Below, in pieces: positions 24,606-37,255 of a stretch of DNA of 64,000 bases. Numbering within the stretch: the first letter of the stretch is position 1; the number at the start of each line of letters is the position of its first letter. Location of the stretch: the NCBI GenBank assembly GCA_964016885.1, contig OZ024743.1, forward strand, positions 323,702,001 through 323,766,000, written 5' to 3'. The notes beneath the pieces were generated by a model that was not told the origin of the DNA, did no database searches, and saw nothing but the letters and a program-made list of their open reading frames with translations. The translations under genes and the position numbers were made by a program. The stretch is from Eledone cirrhosa (taxonomy: Eukaryota).

Positions 24606-25524
24606 GTGGAGAGAAAGGAGATGATGTGTGGGCTTCTTGACTTGAAATGTGTAGTGCAATCAATAATAGTCATGTAACTGAATCTGGTGACAGTTCAGAT
24701 AAACGATTTCGTCCCACTTGATATTTATCATTTTGAGGTTATTCTTGACAGTCTATTCCAGGTTAATTTTGTATTATACTCTAACTTTTACTGGGTTTTC
24801 TTCTGCGTATTTTAGGCATAAACAACACCAACAACAATTTTTTTTTTATTTATTACCTATATTCATTGCCCTAAACCCGAATCCCTGAACGCTGTGCAAG
24901 GAAAGGGCAAGATTCTATTTCAAAATACAAAATGAAATTCGTAATAAAGTTCACATATAACTGTTACAGTAGGGAAACAACTAAAATAAGAATGAAAACA
25001 TTACAAAGAAAGCACCAAGTGTGTGACTCATTGACAACTTTGCTCAGTTTATTGACTAAAGAAGGATTTCAAACATTAAAAGAATATTTCTAATTGTTTA
25101 TATGTATACTTTATGCTATGCTTATATATATAATAAGTCTTTTGAATACATTTTCGAATTTAGGTACGTGTGCCAAAATATTTTTACTTGTTCTAAAGTG
25201 CACCATGAGTAAAAATAAAATATTTGGGAACCATTGCTTTAACTAATGAGGGGAACATTGAGAGAGAGGGGGGGATACTAGACGTTAATACTCATGTAGT
25301 TTTGTTGAACATAACAGCCAAACTTCGTTCTTCTGGTGAAGCAACAGAATTGTACATGATGAACTGGTTACTTTTCTGAAGCATTGTATAGCTATCTTAT
25401 TTTTCTTTCATTTCTCCCCACCCACCCCACCCACCCCTCTCTCTCCCTCTCTCTCTCCCTCTCTCTCTCTATCTCTCTCTCTCCCTCTCTCTCTCTCCCC
25501 CCCCCCCCTCTCTCTCCCCCCCTC

Positions 25525-25563
<39 letters not shown>

Positions 25564-26103
25564 ATCTCTCTCTATCTCTCTCTCTATCTCTTATATATAT
25601 ATGTATATATATATAAATCAGGATGGATTTAATTTTAAACTAGTTAGATTATTACCCAACAGAGTATTCGATACTTGGGATAGTAGAGCATGGCTATATT
25701 ATAGAGTCGGGGTCCGACAGCTGATCTCTTGTCGTTAAAACGGCAAGAGCTCAGCCGTCGGGCCCTGGCTCTTTATAATATATATGTTATTTGTGTGTAA
25801 AAACAATTGTATACCCTATCATAATCCCGAAATGAAATAAGTAACTCCAAATCGATCTGTTATCTACATACCAAACAAATACGGTGAAATCAACTACACA
25901 AATTATACAGTAAAAAAACTAACTACGCCCATAAAGACCCTACCAAAAACGCATTCCAATATAAAATTATAACAAAACAAAAAGGATGTAATTACTGGTA
26001 CGGAGGTGACAAACGTCATCAAGCTGCTGCTACACTATTATGTGGTTTCTGTTTAATGCATCAGGATTTTATATTCCATTTTCTTTATATTTCATTTGAA
26101 CAG

Positions 26104-26231
26104 TGATGCCTTTGATCTGAACTATGGTGTTGGGATATTACGAGTACCCGATGGATTTGACACACAAAAGTTTGAAGATGATCATTTAGATCAAGAAGAA
26201 TCGGATGCTGAAATAGAAAGCTCTGATGAAG
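26104..26231 (+). CDS. SLC12A2: NKCC-like exon with acidic stretch
   Basis: cag|T GAT GCC...; DAFDLNYGVGILRVPDGFD...DQEESDAEIESSDE; donor G|gttcgt is weak but frame-consistent. Confidence 0.85.
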
Positions 26232-26276
26232 GTTCGTTGCTTACCTATCAAGATTCTCTCAACTTGTTTACACATT

Positions 26277-26462
26277 AATTGTTTCTACTTTAGGCACAAG
26301 GCCAGCAATTACCCAGTGCATTACTGGTACTTTATTTTATCGACCCCGTAAGGATGAAAGGCAAAGTCAACCTCGGCGGGATTTGAACTCAGATCGTAAA
26401 GGGACGTAACTATGCTGGAAAGCATGGCGTCCGACCCTCTACCGATACTGCCAATCCACCAC
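26277..26462 (-). mobile_element. family A SINE with 20-bp target-site duplication
   Basis: CAACTTGTTTACACATTAAT on both sides (about 26260-26279 and 26463-26482). Confidence 0.88.
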
Positions 26463-28161
26463 CAACTTGTTTACACATTAATGTAACTATACGATAGTTA
26501 CGTTAGTGTAACCATATTTAATTTAGTCAGCATTAAATTAGAAATATTTATGAGATAAGGAAAATAGAAAATGAATTCAATAACAGATTAAGGTCTATCG
26601 CTCGAGAATGTATCATCATCACCGTTTAAAGTCCACCTTTCCACGCTAGCATGGGTTAGACGAGTTATCCTGTTGTGAGCAATGCCAGGTCAGGTGACCA
26701 TGTCTTTCTTGGTTTCTACAGCTAGATGCCCTTCCTAGCGCCAACCTTATTTTTACAGTGAGTACTGGGTGCTTTTTGCCATGTCGCCATCTCGACCACT
26801 TTACAGTGTCGACTGGAGGCTTCACTGGATGTATACTTCAGCTTATCCCTTGAAAATATATTGCTCATGGTTTAACATGTTGTTGAAAATGTTATATATA
26901 GTGATATCTCAAGTTATCCTAACCGTATGGATAGGAACATTCACTTTGCAATCACTTGGTTTCATATTATATACGACTTGATGGCTCTACACATGCCTTG
27001 GGAGTAAAATAAAGTAGACGGAAACTATTTAAACCTCATTACAAAGTTTATAGATGCTGCCCTTCCTCTTCATAAGGGCTTTAACCCCATTAACACGTTC
27101 GTTATCATATCTATAATGACATGCTCTATGTTTGGATTAATGAATTTTGAGGGACTTACTAAAATCATTAATTATTATATTATTAAGATGGTATTTTTAA
27201 CATAACATATAGTTCTTATATCAGATTATATTGGAGAGTTCTCATTTATTCTGAAATCTTTTTAAATGGGTGTTCTTGTTTCATAGAACCAGTGGAGGAA
27301 TTTTAGCGGGTTGGTATCAAAGGGATTAAAATTCAACCTGCAAGATTATTATTGCGATTTATCCAGGCGCTTAGATGATTTGAAATTTAAAATGTTGATA
27401 TCCAAACGCAGAGTCGCTATAATGGTAATTATTACAGCGTTAGAAAATCGAGTAAAATACCCTTAGTGACAAAAAATAATTGTAGTAGTTATCGGCCACT
27501 TATTTTCTGTCACTAAGGGTATTTTGCACAATTTTTTAACACTATTATCCTTATCACTATCATTACAGTGACTCTGTGTTTGGATATCAACATTTTCAAG
27601 CCTGCAAAATATTCACTGTTCATTAGAACTCTACTGTGCCCTATACACCATTTGTTTAAAAACTATTCAATCTCTGAAGCTATTTGGAAACTATCCTCAG
27701 ACTAGAGTTGTGGACCGAAAGCTTAGTACCTTTACAGGAGTCTACTCTGTTGGACATCGTCTAAAGGGACTCAGTGACCAGTAATAATGTTAGACCAGGA
27801 GACGGATTAAGTATATACCATCTGAGAACAGAAACAGAGTTCCCCCGATGAGCTTTGAAACAGTTTCCACAATGTGACAAGGCTGGGGCTTTGAATTACC
27901 GGAGATAGAGAGGGAGAGATTTGGGAACTGGACTGACATTTTATCAATCGACTTCAAAAGGATGCAAGGCAAGATAACCTCGGCGAGATTTAGACTCAGA
28001 ACATAGAGAGCTGGAATGAGTGTAAGTCATTCTATCGGCTGCTCTAAATATTCTGCCAATTCAATACCTTCATGGAGTAAATAATATATTTATGTGTGTG
28101 AATATGTGTGTATGTGTATATATATGTTTTTTCTTAATGTTTTGTTATTCTGTTTATCAAG

Positions 28162-28425
28162 AGAGTCCATGTAGTGAAGATGCTATATCTCGAATTGACG
28201 AACAACGTACATCAATTCAGATAACAGATGGTGATGTAATACTACAGAGGTTTGCTCGCAAGAAAAGTGGCTTCGACAATCCAGCATACACACAAGAATT
28301 AACAAAAAATTCAGTGTCAGTAAAGAATTCAGTTAAAAAAGTTAATTCAGTACCAGAAAACCCATTACGGCTTGGCAGAAGTCAAGAAGGTACCATTGAT
28401 GTTTGGTGGTTGACAGACGATGGAG
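28162..28425 (+). CDS. SLC12A2: NKCC-like exon ending at a GC donor
   Basis: aag|AG AGT...; ends GTIDVWWLTDDG G|gcaagt; 5' boundary less certain because it lies in a variable region. Confidence 0.85.
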
Positions 28426-29569
28426 GCAAGTAGACTTATTTGTTAATGTTGATTTTATTGTTTGTTTGATAGATTAGGACTGACCTGGAGCAAAAGTTCG
28501 CCCTGGTTATTGTGGTTAATATTACATTGTATACGATAGGGTAAAGGGTAAAGACCCCCTTCAGTCACAAATGACCATTGGATTTGCGCCTAGAAAGTTC
28601 CCTCTCCAATGCACAAGTCTGAGCAAGGTTGTTTGTAGAAGACCAGCAGTCGCCCATGCGTACCAGTCTCCCCTCTCCACACCATCGATGTTGTCAAAAG
28701 GAAAGGCAATGACCGATACAGCTTGGCACCAGTAACGTCGCAACTCATTTCTACAGCTGAGTAAACTGGAGCAACATGAAATAAAGTGTCTTGCTCAATG
28801 ACACAGTGCATACGGAAAACCTAGGTAAAGGCAAAGGTCAAATGTAGTTCATTTCTTTATCGAGCGCATGCGATATACACACAAAACATGTTATCAAACT
28901 TTGGCGACTTGTCCAGGAAACTGATGAGTAAGTCCTGACGTTTACTTTAACAATAGTAAAAAATAATCGACAGTTGACTCGTTATTGTTCTTTTGGTTAC
29001 TGAATGTCCTGTGATTTAAACATGAAGTCTATTTTCGCAGCAATTGTAAAACTGTTTATTAAATATATCATCATAACATTAATTACATTCTTATATGCCC
29101 ACTGAAAACATTTATGAGTTATTTTTTATGGATTAGGCAAACCTATAATTAAAGGTGTTTGAGTAGAAACCATCTTGCGCGTTTCTTTTTAATGTAACCA
29201 GACTGCAGTATCCAGTGTGATTTGAGGCAGACTGTGTTGTGCTATATAGACAATCAAGTGACCACATAGAATGTTTTGCTGATGGTTTAGAGCAGGCATC
29301 TCACGTTGGTTGCTAACTACTTTCTATGTTCCACAACAGGACAACTTTGTTTAGCTGTTTTAATAACATTTATTGCAATTTATATATGGAATGCAATAAA
29401 AAGGAAAGAACGGAATTTATCAAAAATGTATTAATACACATAATCCACCGTGTATTCATTTTGACGGGAAAAAATTGGTGGAAATACCCCTCCTCTTAAT
29501 TTTGGACCACCGTGCCTCTTTCCCAGGACGCAATGACTCCTTTGTGTCCTTTAGTTTGAGATCCCTCTA

Positions 29570-30115
29570 TGTTATTGTTGTTGTCAAGCCCGTATGTTGT
29601 TGTTGTTGTCAAGCCCGTGTGTTATTGTTAAGCCTGTTGTTGTTAAGCCCGTATGCTATCATTGTTGTTAAGCCCGTGTGTTGTTGTTAAGCCCGTGTGT
29701 TGTTGTTAAGCCCGTGTGTTGTTGTTAAGCCCGTGTGTTGTTGTTAAGCCTGTTGTTGTTAAGCCCGTATGCTATCATTGTTGTTAAGCTCGTGTGTTGT
29801 TGTTAAGCCCGTATGCTATCATTGTTGTTAAGCCCGTGTGTTGTTGTTAAGCCCGTATGCTATCATTGTTGTTAAGCCCGTGTGTTGTTGTTAAGCCCGT
29901 ATGCTATCATTGTTGTTAAGCTCGTGTGTTATTGTTAAGCCTGTTGTTGTTAAGCCCGTATGCTATCATTGTTGTTAAGCTCGTGTGTTATTGTTAAGCC
30001 TGTTGTTGTTAAGCCCGTATGCTATCATTGTTGTTAAGCTCGTGTGTTGTTGTTAAGCCCGTATGCTATCATTGTTGTTAAGCTCGTATGTTATTGTTGT
30101 TAAGCCCCGTATGAT
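29570..30115. repeat. compound minisatellite of 19-bp (GTTGTTAAGCCCGTGTGTT) and longer GCTATCATT-containing units
   Basis: Read directly. Confidence 0.9.
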
Positions 30116-30440
30116 GTTGTTAAGTTGTTGTTGTTAAACCCGAGATCAACCCTAATCCAGCAGACCAATGATGAAATGTATTCCAGTTGTGAAATTTGTT
30201 TCCTCTTATCAAATCGTATATCTTTGCTTGTCTCATCCCGTTTCAGTGATAAATATGATTCAATCCTACCTTTAAGGTGTGGCGTTAGTAGTAATAATTG
30301 ACTTTCCCCTTCTCTCAAATTGCTGGCTTTGTGTCAATGTTGGGAAGAATTATATTCCTTGGAAATACCTCTATTATTGACCATTCTCTCTAATAATTTA
30401 ACCAGATTTCATTTCATTTCATTTTATTCTGCTGAAACAG

Positions 30441-30555
30441 GCTTAACACTTCTTGTTCCTTATATGCTATCTTGTCGGAAGAAGTGGAAGAACTGTAGTT
30501 TAAGAGTTTTCTGTGGTAGCAGCAAAATGGATGATGTCGACAGTGAACACAGACG
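30441..30555 (+). CDS. SLC12A2: NKCC-like exon
   Basis: cag|GC TTA...CG|gtaagt; LTLLVPYMLSCRKKWKNCSLRVF. Confidence 0.93.
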
Positions 30556-30987
30556 GTAAGTAGCAGCAGTAGTAGTCGTTGTTGTTCCAGTTATTGTTGT
30601 TCTTTATCACACTTATTCATGAGAGCATCATTGGGCAGAGTTCTAAGACACACCTTCCAGAGGGTCCTGTCAGAAACAACCATCTCCAAGCAATAAAAAT
30701 CAAGCTCACGAATGTTATCCAACCGTCTTGATCATGGTCTACCTCTGAGTCTCTTGTCGGTGGGTTTTGCCCATAAAATCTGTCTAACGATTCATTCTCT
30801 AGAACCGGAGCTATGATCTCTTGATGCGGAGATATTATTCTCATCATAAAATTTGTATAACCATTCTTTAACACCAATCTTATAAATTGAGTATTGTGTA
30901 TTTTAGTTATCTTCCACTGGAATAAAATCTATGAGAAAATCTTTATTATTTAAAAAAATTAACTTTCTTTTTACTCTCCATTGACAG

Positions 30988-31074
30988 AATGGTGACATTA
31001 CTCAGCAAGTTTCGTATAGATTATTCCCAAATAACAGTCATTCCTGATCTCCGACATAAACCATCCCAGAGCAG
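30988..31074 (+). CDS. SLC12A2: NKCC-like exon
   Basis: cag|A ATG...AG|gtaact; MVTLLSKFRIDYSQITVIPDLRHKP. Confidence 0.93.
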
Positions 31075-31546
31075 GTAACTAAATCTTATTTTCATTTTAA
31101 AGAATAATGATTTTTTGTGTGACCTGATAAACATTAAACAATAGCAGTTGTAAGATCACCATCATCATCACCTACATTAATGGCTGTTTTACATTAGTAC
31201 TTTCCAGAAGTATTTCAAGTGAATATTTTTTAAATGAAACAATAGATTGGTACTTTATTTGTCTACCCTCAAAGGATTTAAAGCAAAGTTGGCCTCCCAA
31301 TTCGCCATCTTATTAGTATCATGAATTATACGTTTTAAATAACTCTATCACAATGCTATCATTTCATTTAAAAACATTCACTTAAAATACTTCTGGAAAG
31401 TACTAAAGTAAAACAGCCATTAATGTAGCTGTTGGTGATGGTAACGATGGTGATGATGATCTTACAACTGCTATTGTTTATGTAAAGATTTGATGGAAAT
31501 ACTGGTGTCCAGTCATGTCTCTTAACACACTGAGTTATTATTTCAG

Positions 31547-31658
31547 CATGAAAGAATTTTATGCACTGATTCAACCATGGCTTCTAAAAAATTTTGAAGA
31601 CCAAACATCATATCCATGGAAAATTTCCGATGCAGATTTGCTGGGTAATAAAATGAAA
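31547..31658 (+). CDS. SLC12A2: NKCC-like exon
   Basis: cag|C ATG...AAA|gtaagt; MKEFYALIQPW...YPWKISDADLLGNKMK. Confidence 0.92.
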
Positions 31659-32080
31659 GTAAGTCCATCGCCTTATTATTTATATATTTTCCCTGATACA
31701 ATAGATATTATTTTGAAAAATCTTAATTTGTCTATATTGAAGCGAGGTTCGATTATAAGATTTCAATCTTAGCTAAGATGTTTGATATAAATATAGCTGA
31801 CATTTGCACACTTCCATTAGCCGTGTGTATAGCTAGGAAGATGAGTATTTGCACAAACAAAAGCTAACTATGTTGAACTTGATTTATGCTTTAAATAAGT
31901 GCATGTATAGTTATGTGGTTAAAAAATTCACTTCACAACTACGTGGTTTCTAGTTCAATCCCACAGTTCGGCACATTGAGAAAGGGTTTTCTACCATAGC
32001 TTTGGGTGATTATTTTCTCTCCACTCTAGAATATTATAAAAATTAAAAATTAACATCTTCCTTTTCTTATTCATTGTCAG

Positions 32081-32148
32081 ACTTACAGAAACGTCAAATT
32101 GCATGAGATGCTTCAAGAACATTCCAAGACTGCTAAACTTGTGGTTTT
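32081..32148 (+). CDS. SLC12A2: NKCC-like exon
   Basis: cag|ACT...TT|gtaagt; TYRNVKLHEMLQEHSKTAKLVV. Confidence 0.92.
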
Positions 32149-32789
32149 GTAAGTATTCCATATAATTTTCGTGAATTGTAACACAATGCAATTAATCAAA
32201 TACCTTTTTACAGACTTTTTACAGACTAATTACTTTGAAATATATTTTTCTATTTAAAACATACCAAGCGTTTTCATCACATTATAGAACGAATAAGTTT
32301 CTACCTGATCATTCGATTTGCTAGAGACAGCAGCCAATTTGCCCACATCATACACAGCCGTATTGAATGTAAAAAATAAATATTGGATAATTTAGTCCTG
32401 CACACTGTAAAGGGAGGGGAGGTTCATGGTTGACCTGCTTGATATGGAATAACCTACGGCTAAACAACAACATATACACACACTTACATACACTTAATTA
32501 GGAACATGATTAAGCTTCATGAAATGTAGTTTTTTTTTTTCCTGGCACAAGCACTACTGATGCCATCTTTCTAGTGAGACAACTGCTAGGGAAGTACTAA
32601 GAAGTAAACTCCAGTACTTAGTGACAAAGTTTCACACTCTGTAATTTGGTGATCGCTAAGGAAGTTAGAGGTAAATAAAGGTCAAGTACAGAGGTGCAGT
32701 TAACAAGACATGTTGGCAATGAGTTCAGCAACGAATTTAGCGAGCAGGTAGGAATGTCTTAACTCTCAGTTCACTCCTGTTTATCATAA

Positions 32790-33179
32790 CACTCACCCAC
32801 CTCGGCTATAACTGAGGAGTTTATAGCAACATCCTACTGAAGTCCTGGCCGTTATAAAAGAATTTGGAGGATTAAAAAAAATTCTTGTCGTGGAAAACTT
32901 AGCACAGTCCAAAGCTTTAGTAAGTAAGAGAGAACAGAGGGCCCTGTTGCCATCAGGAAAATGGTCGTGCAGGCAACGATTAGGAAAAAAACCCTTCCCG
33001 CCCTTGCCTGTCTCCTCAATCTTTCTAGTTCTTCTTTGATTTCTCATGCTTTCTTCTGATGAAGGACTAGCGTCCGAAACGTTAATACTCTTTTCCAACT
33101 ATATCAAGCGTAAATCTAATAATATATTTCTTCATTGTACTGTGTCGTTTGCTTTATTATTTCTGTTTGCCTTTTGCAT

Positions 33180-33185
<6 letters not shown>
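32790..33185 (+). mobile_element. decayed PLE 3' fragment with minimal hammerhead core
   Basis: CUGAUGA-A-GGAC uagc GUCC-GAAACGUU at 33056-33083; ends at (TA)n; upstream resembles a decayed GIY-YIG C-terminus. Confidence 0.55.
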
Positions 33186-33211
<26 letters not shown>

Positions 33212-33570
33212 AGTTAAAACAATGAAATAAAAATTCAAGTCATTGGGAAAATACTTCACTGCTTTACGATCATTTCTAGGTGATAATAATACGTCGTACG
33301 CATATTTCGTTATCGATCTATGTAAGGTTAGTTACAAAATATCAGATAAGAAGAATATTTACCTACTTGTATATCATCAGCTATTGTCAAAAGCAATGTG
33401 TGTATATATATATCTGTGTGTGTATATATATATGTGTATATATATGTGTGTGTGTGTGTATATATGTGTATATATATGTGTGTGTGTGTATATATACGTA
33501 TAGATGGGTGGATGAACACACGCATGAATTTACTTTCCTAACACGTTATTTTCTACATTTCTTTGCACAG

Positions 33571-33706
33571 AACTTTACCAATGCCACGGAAGAATACGTG
33601 TCCATCGGGTCTCTACATGAGTTGGCTTGAAATGATTACAAAAGACATGCCTCCAATATTATTGCTCCGTGGTAACCAGCAAAGTGTTCTCACTTACTAT
33701 GCTTGA
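33571..33706 (+). CDS. SLC12A2: NKCC-like last coding exon
   Basis: cag|A ACT...TGA; [44 protein letters not shown]; the 20 exons sum to 2588 nt and keep one frame. Confidence 0.95.
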
Positions 33707-33911
33707 CCATATCACACCAATCAGTCTCCGTACCCCCCCCCCTTCCTCCTGACCCCTTGTTGCAGTTCTTCCAGATTTGGTGTATCTCTCTGAATCCAAT
33801 TATTGCTCTCAACAAAAGAAAGAAAAAAAAAAGAAAAAAAACATCACTCAAACTTATCGCAGCGAAGGACATTTTATCAGAATTTACGTTTCCTACTTTA
33901 GTAATTTAGAA

Positions 33912-33917
33912 AATAAA
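33912..33917 (+). promoter_or_regulatory. candidate polyadenylation signal of the NKCC gene
   Basis: AATAAA about 205 nt after the stop codon; the region is AT-rich, so it could be chance. Confidence 0.35.
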
Positions 33918-34025
33918 TTTTACCCAATTTAGGGATTTAGAAAAGAAATTTTTACAACAGTGAATGCAAATAATAATAGAAATGTTAATGAAAATTAGGT
34001 GGAAAAAAGTGAAAACCCAGAACCA

Positions 34026-36690
34026 GACAGAAATATATATAATTCTCTAAACAGAATATATATAATTCTCTAAACAGAATATATATAATTCTCTAAACAG
34101 AAATATATATATAATTTCTCTAAACAGAAATATATATAATTTCTCTAAACAGAAATCTATATAATTTCTCTAGACAGAAATATATATAATTTCTCTAAAC
34201 AGAAATATATATATAATTTCTCTAAACAGAAATATATATAATTCTCTAAACAGAAATATATATAATTTCTCTAAACAGAAATATATATAATTTCTCTAAA
34301 CAGAAATATATATAATTCTCTAAACAGAAATATATATAATTTCTCTAAACAGAAATATATATAATTCTCTAAACAGAAATATATATAATTTCTCTAAACA
34401 GAAATATATATAATTCTCTAAACAGAAATATATATAATTCTCTAAACAGAAATATATATAATTCTCTAAACAGAAATATATATAATTCTCTAAACAGAAA
34501 TATATATAATTTCTCTAAACAGAAATATATATAATTTCTCTAAACAGAAATATATATAATTTCTCTAAACAGAAATATATATAATTTCTCTAAACAGAAA
34601 TATATATAATTTTCTAAACAGAAATATATATATTTTTCTAAACAGAAATATATATAATTTCTCTAAACAGAAATATATATAATTCTCTAAACAGAAATAT
34701 ATATAATTCTCTAAACAGAAATATATATAATTTTCTAAACAGAAATATATATAATTCTCTAAACAGAAATATATATATTTTTCTAAACAAAATATATATA
34801 ATTCTCTAAACGGAAATATATATATTTTTCTAAACAGAAATATATATAATTCTCTAAACAGAAATATATATAATTCTCTAAACAGAAATATATATAATTC
34901 TCTAAACAGAAATATATATAATTCTCTAAACAGAAATATATATAATTCTCTAAACAGAAATATATATAATTCTCTAAACAGAAATATATATAATTCTCTA
35001 AACAGAAATATATATAATTTCTCTAAACAGAAATATATATAATTCTCTAAACAGAAATATATATAATTCTCTAAACAGAAATATATATAATTCTCCAAAC
35101 AGAAATATATATAATTTCTCTAAACAGAAATATATATAATTTCTCTAAACAGAAATATATATAATTCTCTAAACAGAAATATATATAATTTCTCTAAACA
35201 GAAATATATATAATTCTCTAAACAGAAATATATATATTTTTCTAAACAGAAATATATATAATTTCTCTAAACAGAAATATATATAATTCTCTAAACAGAA
35301 ATATATATAATTCTCTAAACAGAATATATATAATTCTCTAAACAGAAATATATATAATTCTCTAAACAGAAATATATATAATTCTCTAAACAGAAATATA
35401 TATAATTTTCTAAACAGAAATATATATAATTCTCTAAACAGAAATATATATATTTTTCTAAACAAAATATATATAATTCTCTAAACGGAAATATATATAT
35501 TTTTCTAAACAGAAATATATATAATTCTCTAAACAGAAATATATATAATTCTCTAAACAGAAATATATATAATTCTCTAAACAGAAATATATATAATTCT
35601 CTAAACAGAAATATATATAATTCTCTAAACAGAAATATATATAATTCTCTAAACAGAAATATATATAATTCTCTAAACAGAAATATATATAATTCTCTAG
35701 AGAATTATATATATTTCTGTTTAGAGAATTATATATATTTCTGTTTAAACAGAAATATATATAATTCTCTAAACAGAAATATATATAATTCTCTAAACAG
35801 AAATATATATAATTCTCTAAACAGAAATATATATAATTCTCTAAACAGAAATATATATAATTCTCTAAACAGAAATATATATATAATTCTCTAAACAGAA
35901 ATATATATAATTCTCTAAACAGAAATATATATAATTCTCTAAACAGAAATATATATAATTCTCTAAACAGAAATATATATAATTCTCTAAACAGAAATAT
36001 ATATAATTCTCTAAACAGAAATATATATAATTCTCTAAACAGAAATATATATAATTCTCTAAACAGAAATATATATAATTCTCTAAACAGAAATATATAT
36101 AATTCTCTAAACAGAAATATATATATTTTTCTAAACAGAAATATATATAATTCTCTAAACAGAAATATATATAATTCTCTAAACAGAAATATATATATTT
36201 CTCTAAACAGAAATATATATATTTTTCTAAACAGAAATATATATAATTCTCTAAACAGAAATATATATAATTCTCTAAACAGAAATATATATAATTCTCT
36301 AAACAGAAATATATATAATTCTCTAAACAGAAATATATATAATTCTCTAAACAGAAATATATATATTTTTCTAAACAGAATATATATATATTTTTCTAAA
36401 CAATATATATATAGTTCTCTAAACAGAAATATATATAATTCTCTAAACAGAAATATATATAATTTCTCTAAACAGAAATAAATATATTTTTCTAAACAGA
36501 ATATATATAATTCTCTAAACAGAAATATATATAATTTCTCTAAACAGAAATATATATATTTTTCTAAACAGAATATATATAATTCTCTAAACAGAATATA
36601 TATATTTTTCTAAACAGAAATATATATATTTTTCTAAACAGAATATATATATGTAATTTTCTATACAGAATATATATCATTTTCTAAAAA
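34026..36690. repeat. 24/25-bp satellite (AAACAGAAATATATATAATTCTCT)n
   Basis: About 2.6 kb, roughly 105-110 units, with two units inverted at 35699-35746. Confidence 0.97.
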
Positions 36691-36856
36691 GATTCCAAGC
36701 TTTATTGGACATCATTCTGTTTTAACATGACTGCTATAAACGTTTTATATTCAATTTTTGTACCAAAAATAGAACGAGATATTGTTTAGATAAATAATTT
36801 GTATATATACAAATATATGTATTTGAGTGTGTGTGTGTGTATAAATATACGTATAT

Positions 36857-37255
36857 ATCATCATCATCATCGTTTAAAATCCATTTTTCCACACTAGCGT
36901 GGGTTTGATGAGTTATCCCGTTGTGAGACATGTCAAGTCAGATGACTGTCTTGCTCATATGGAACTGTTTCAGAGTTGGTTTCTGCGGCTGAATGCCCTT
37001 CCTAACGCCAACCACATTTACAGTTTTGACTGGGTGTTTTATGTCGTGACACAACGGCCATTTTATAATGTGGATTGGGTGATTCTTGTCGTGTCACCAA
37101 CACGACCTATTTACAGTAGACTGAGCATTTTTGTCGTGTTACCAGCACAAACACTTTACAGTGTGGACTGGATACTTTTGTCGTATCACCAACACGACCA
37201 CTTTACTCTATGGGTACTTTTGCCGTGTCATCATCAAAATCACTTTACAGCAAGG
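36857..37255 (-). mobile_element. RTE-LINE 3' tail or SINE tail with internal repeats
   Basis: (CAT)n end and gatgcccttcctaacgccaaccacatttacag motif shared with the 3' UTR at 52500-52914. Confidence 0.65.

Noticed and set aside
34026-36690. Possible CRISPR array, or ORFs 34565-35098 and 35169-35465
   Set aside because: Head-to-tail repeats with no unique spacers in a eukaryotic context; the ORFs are translations of the satellite
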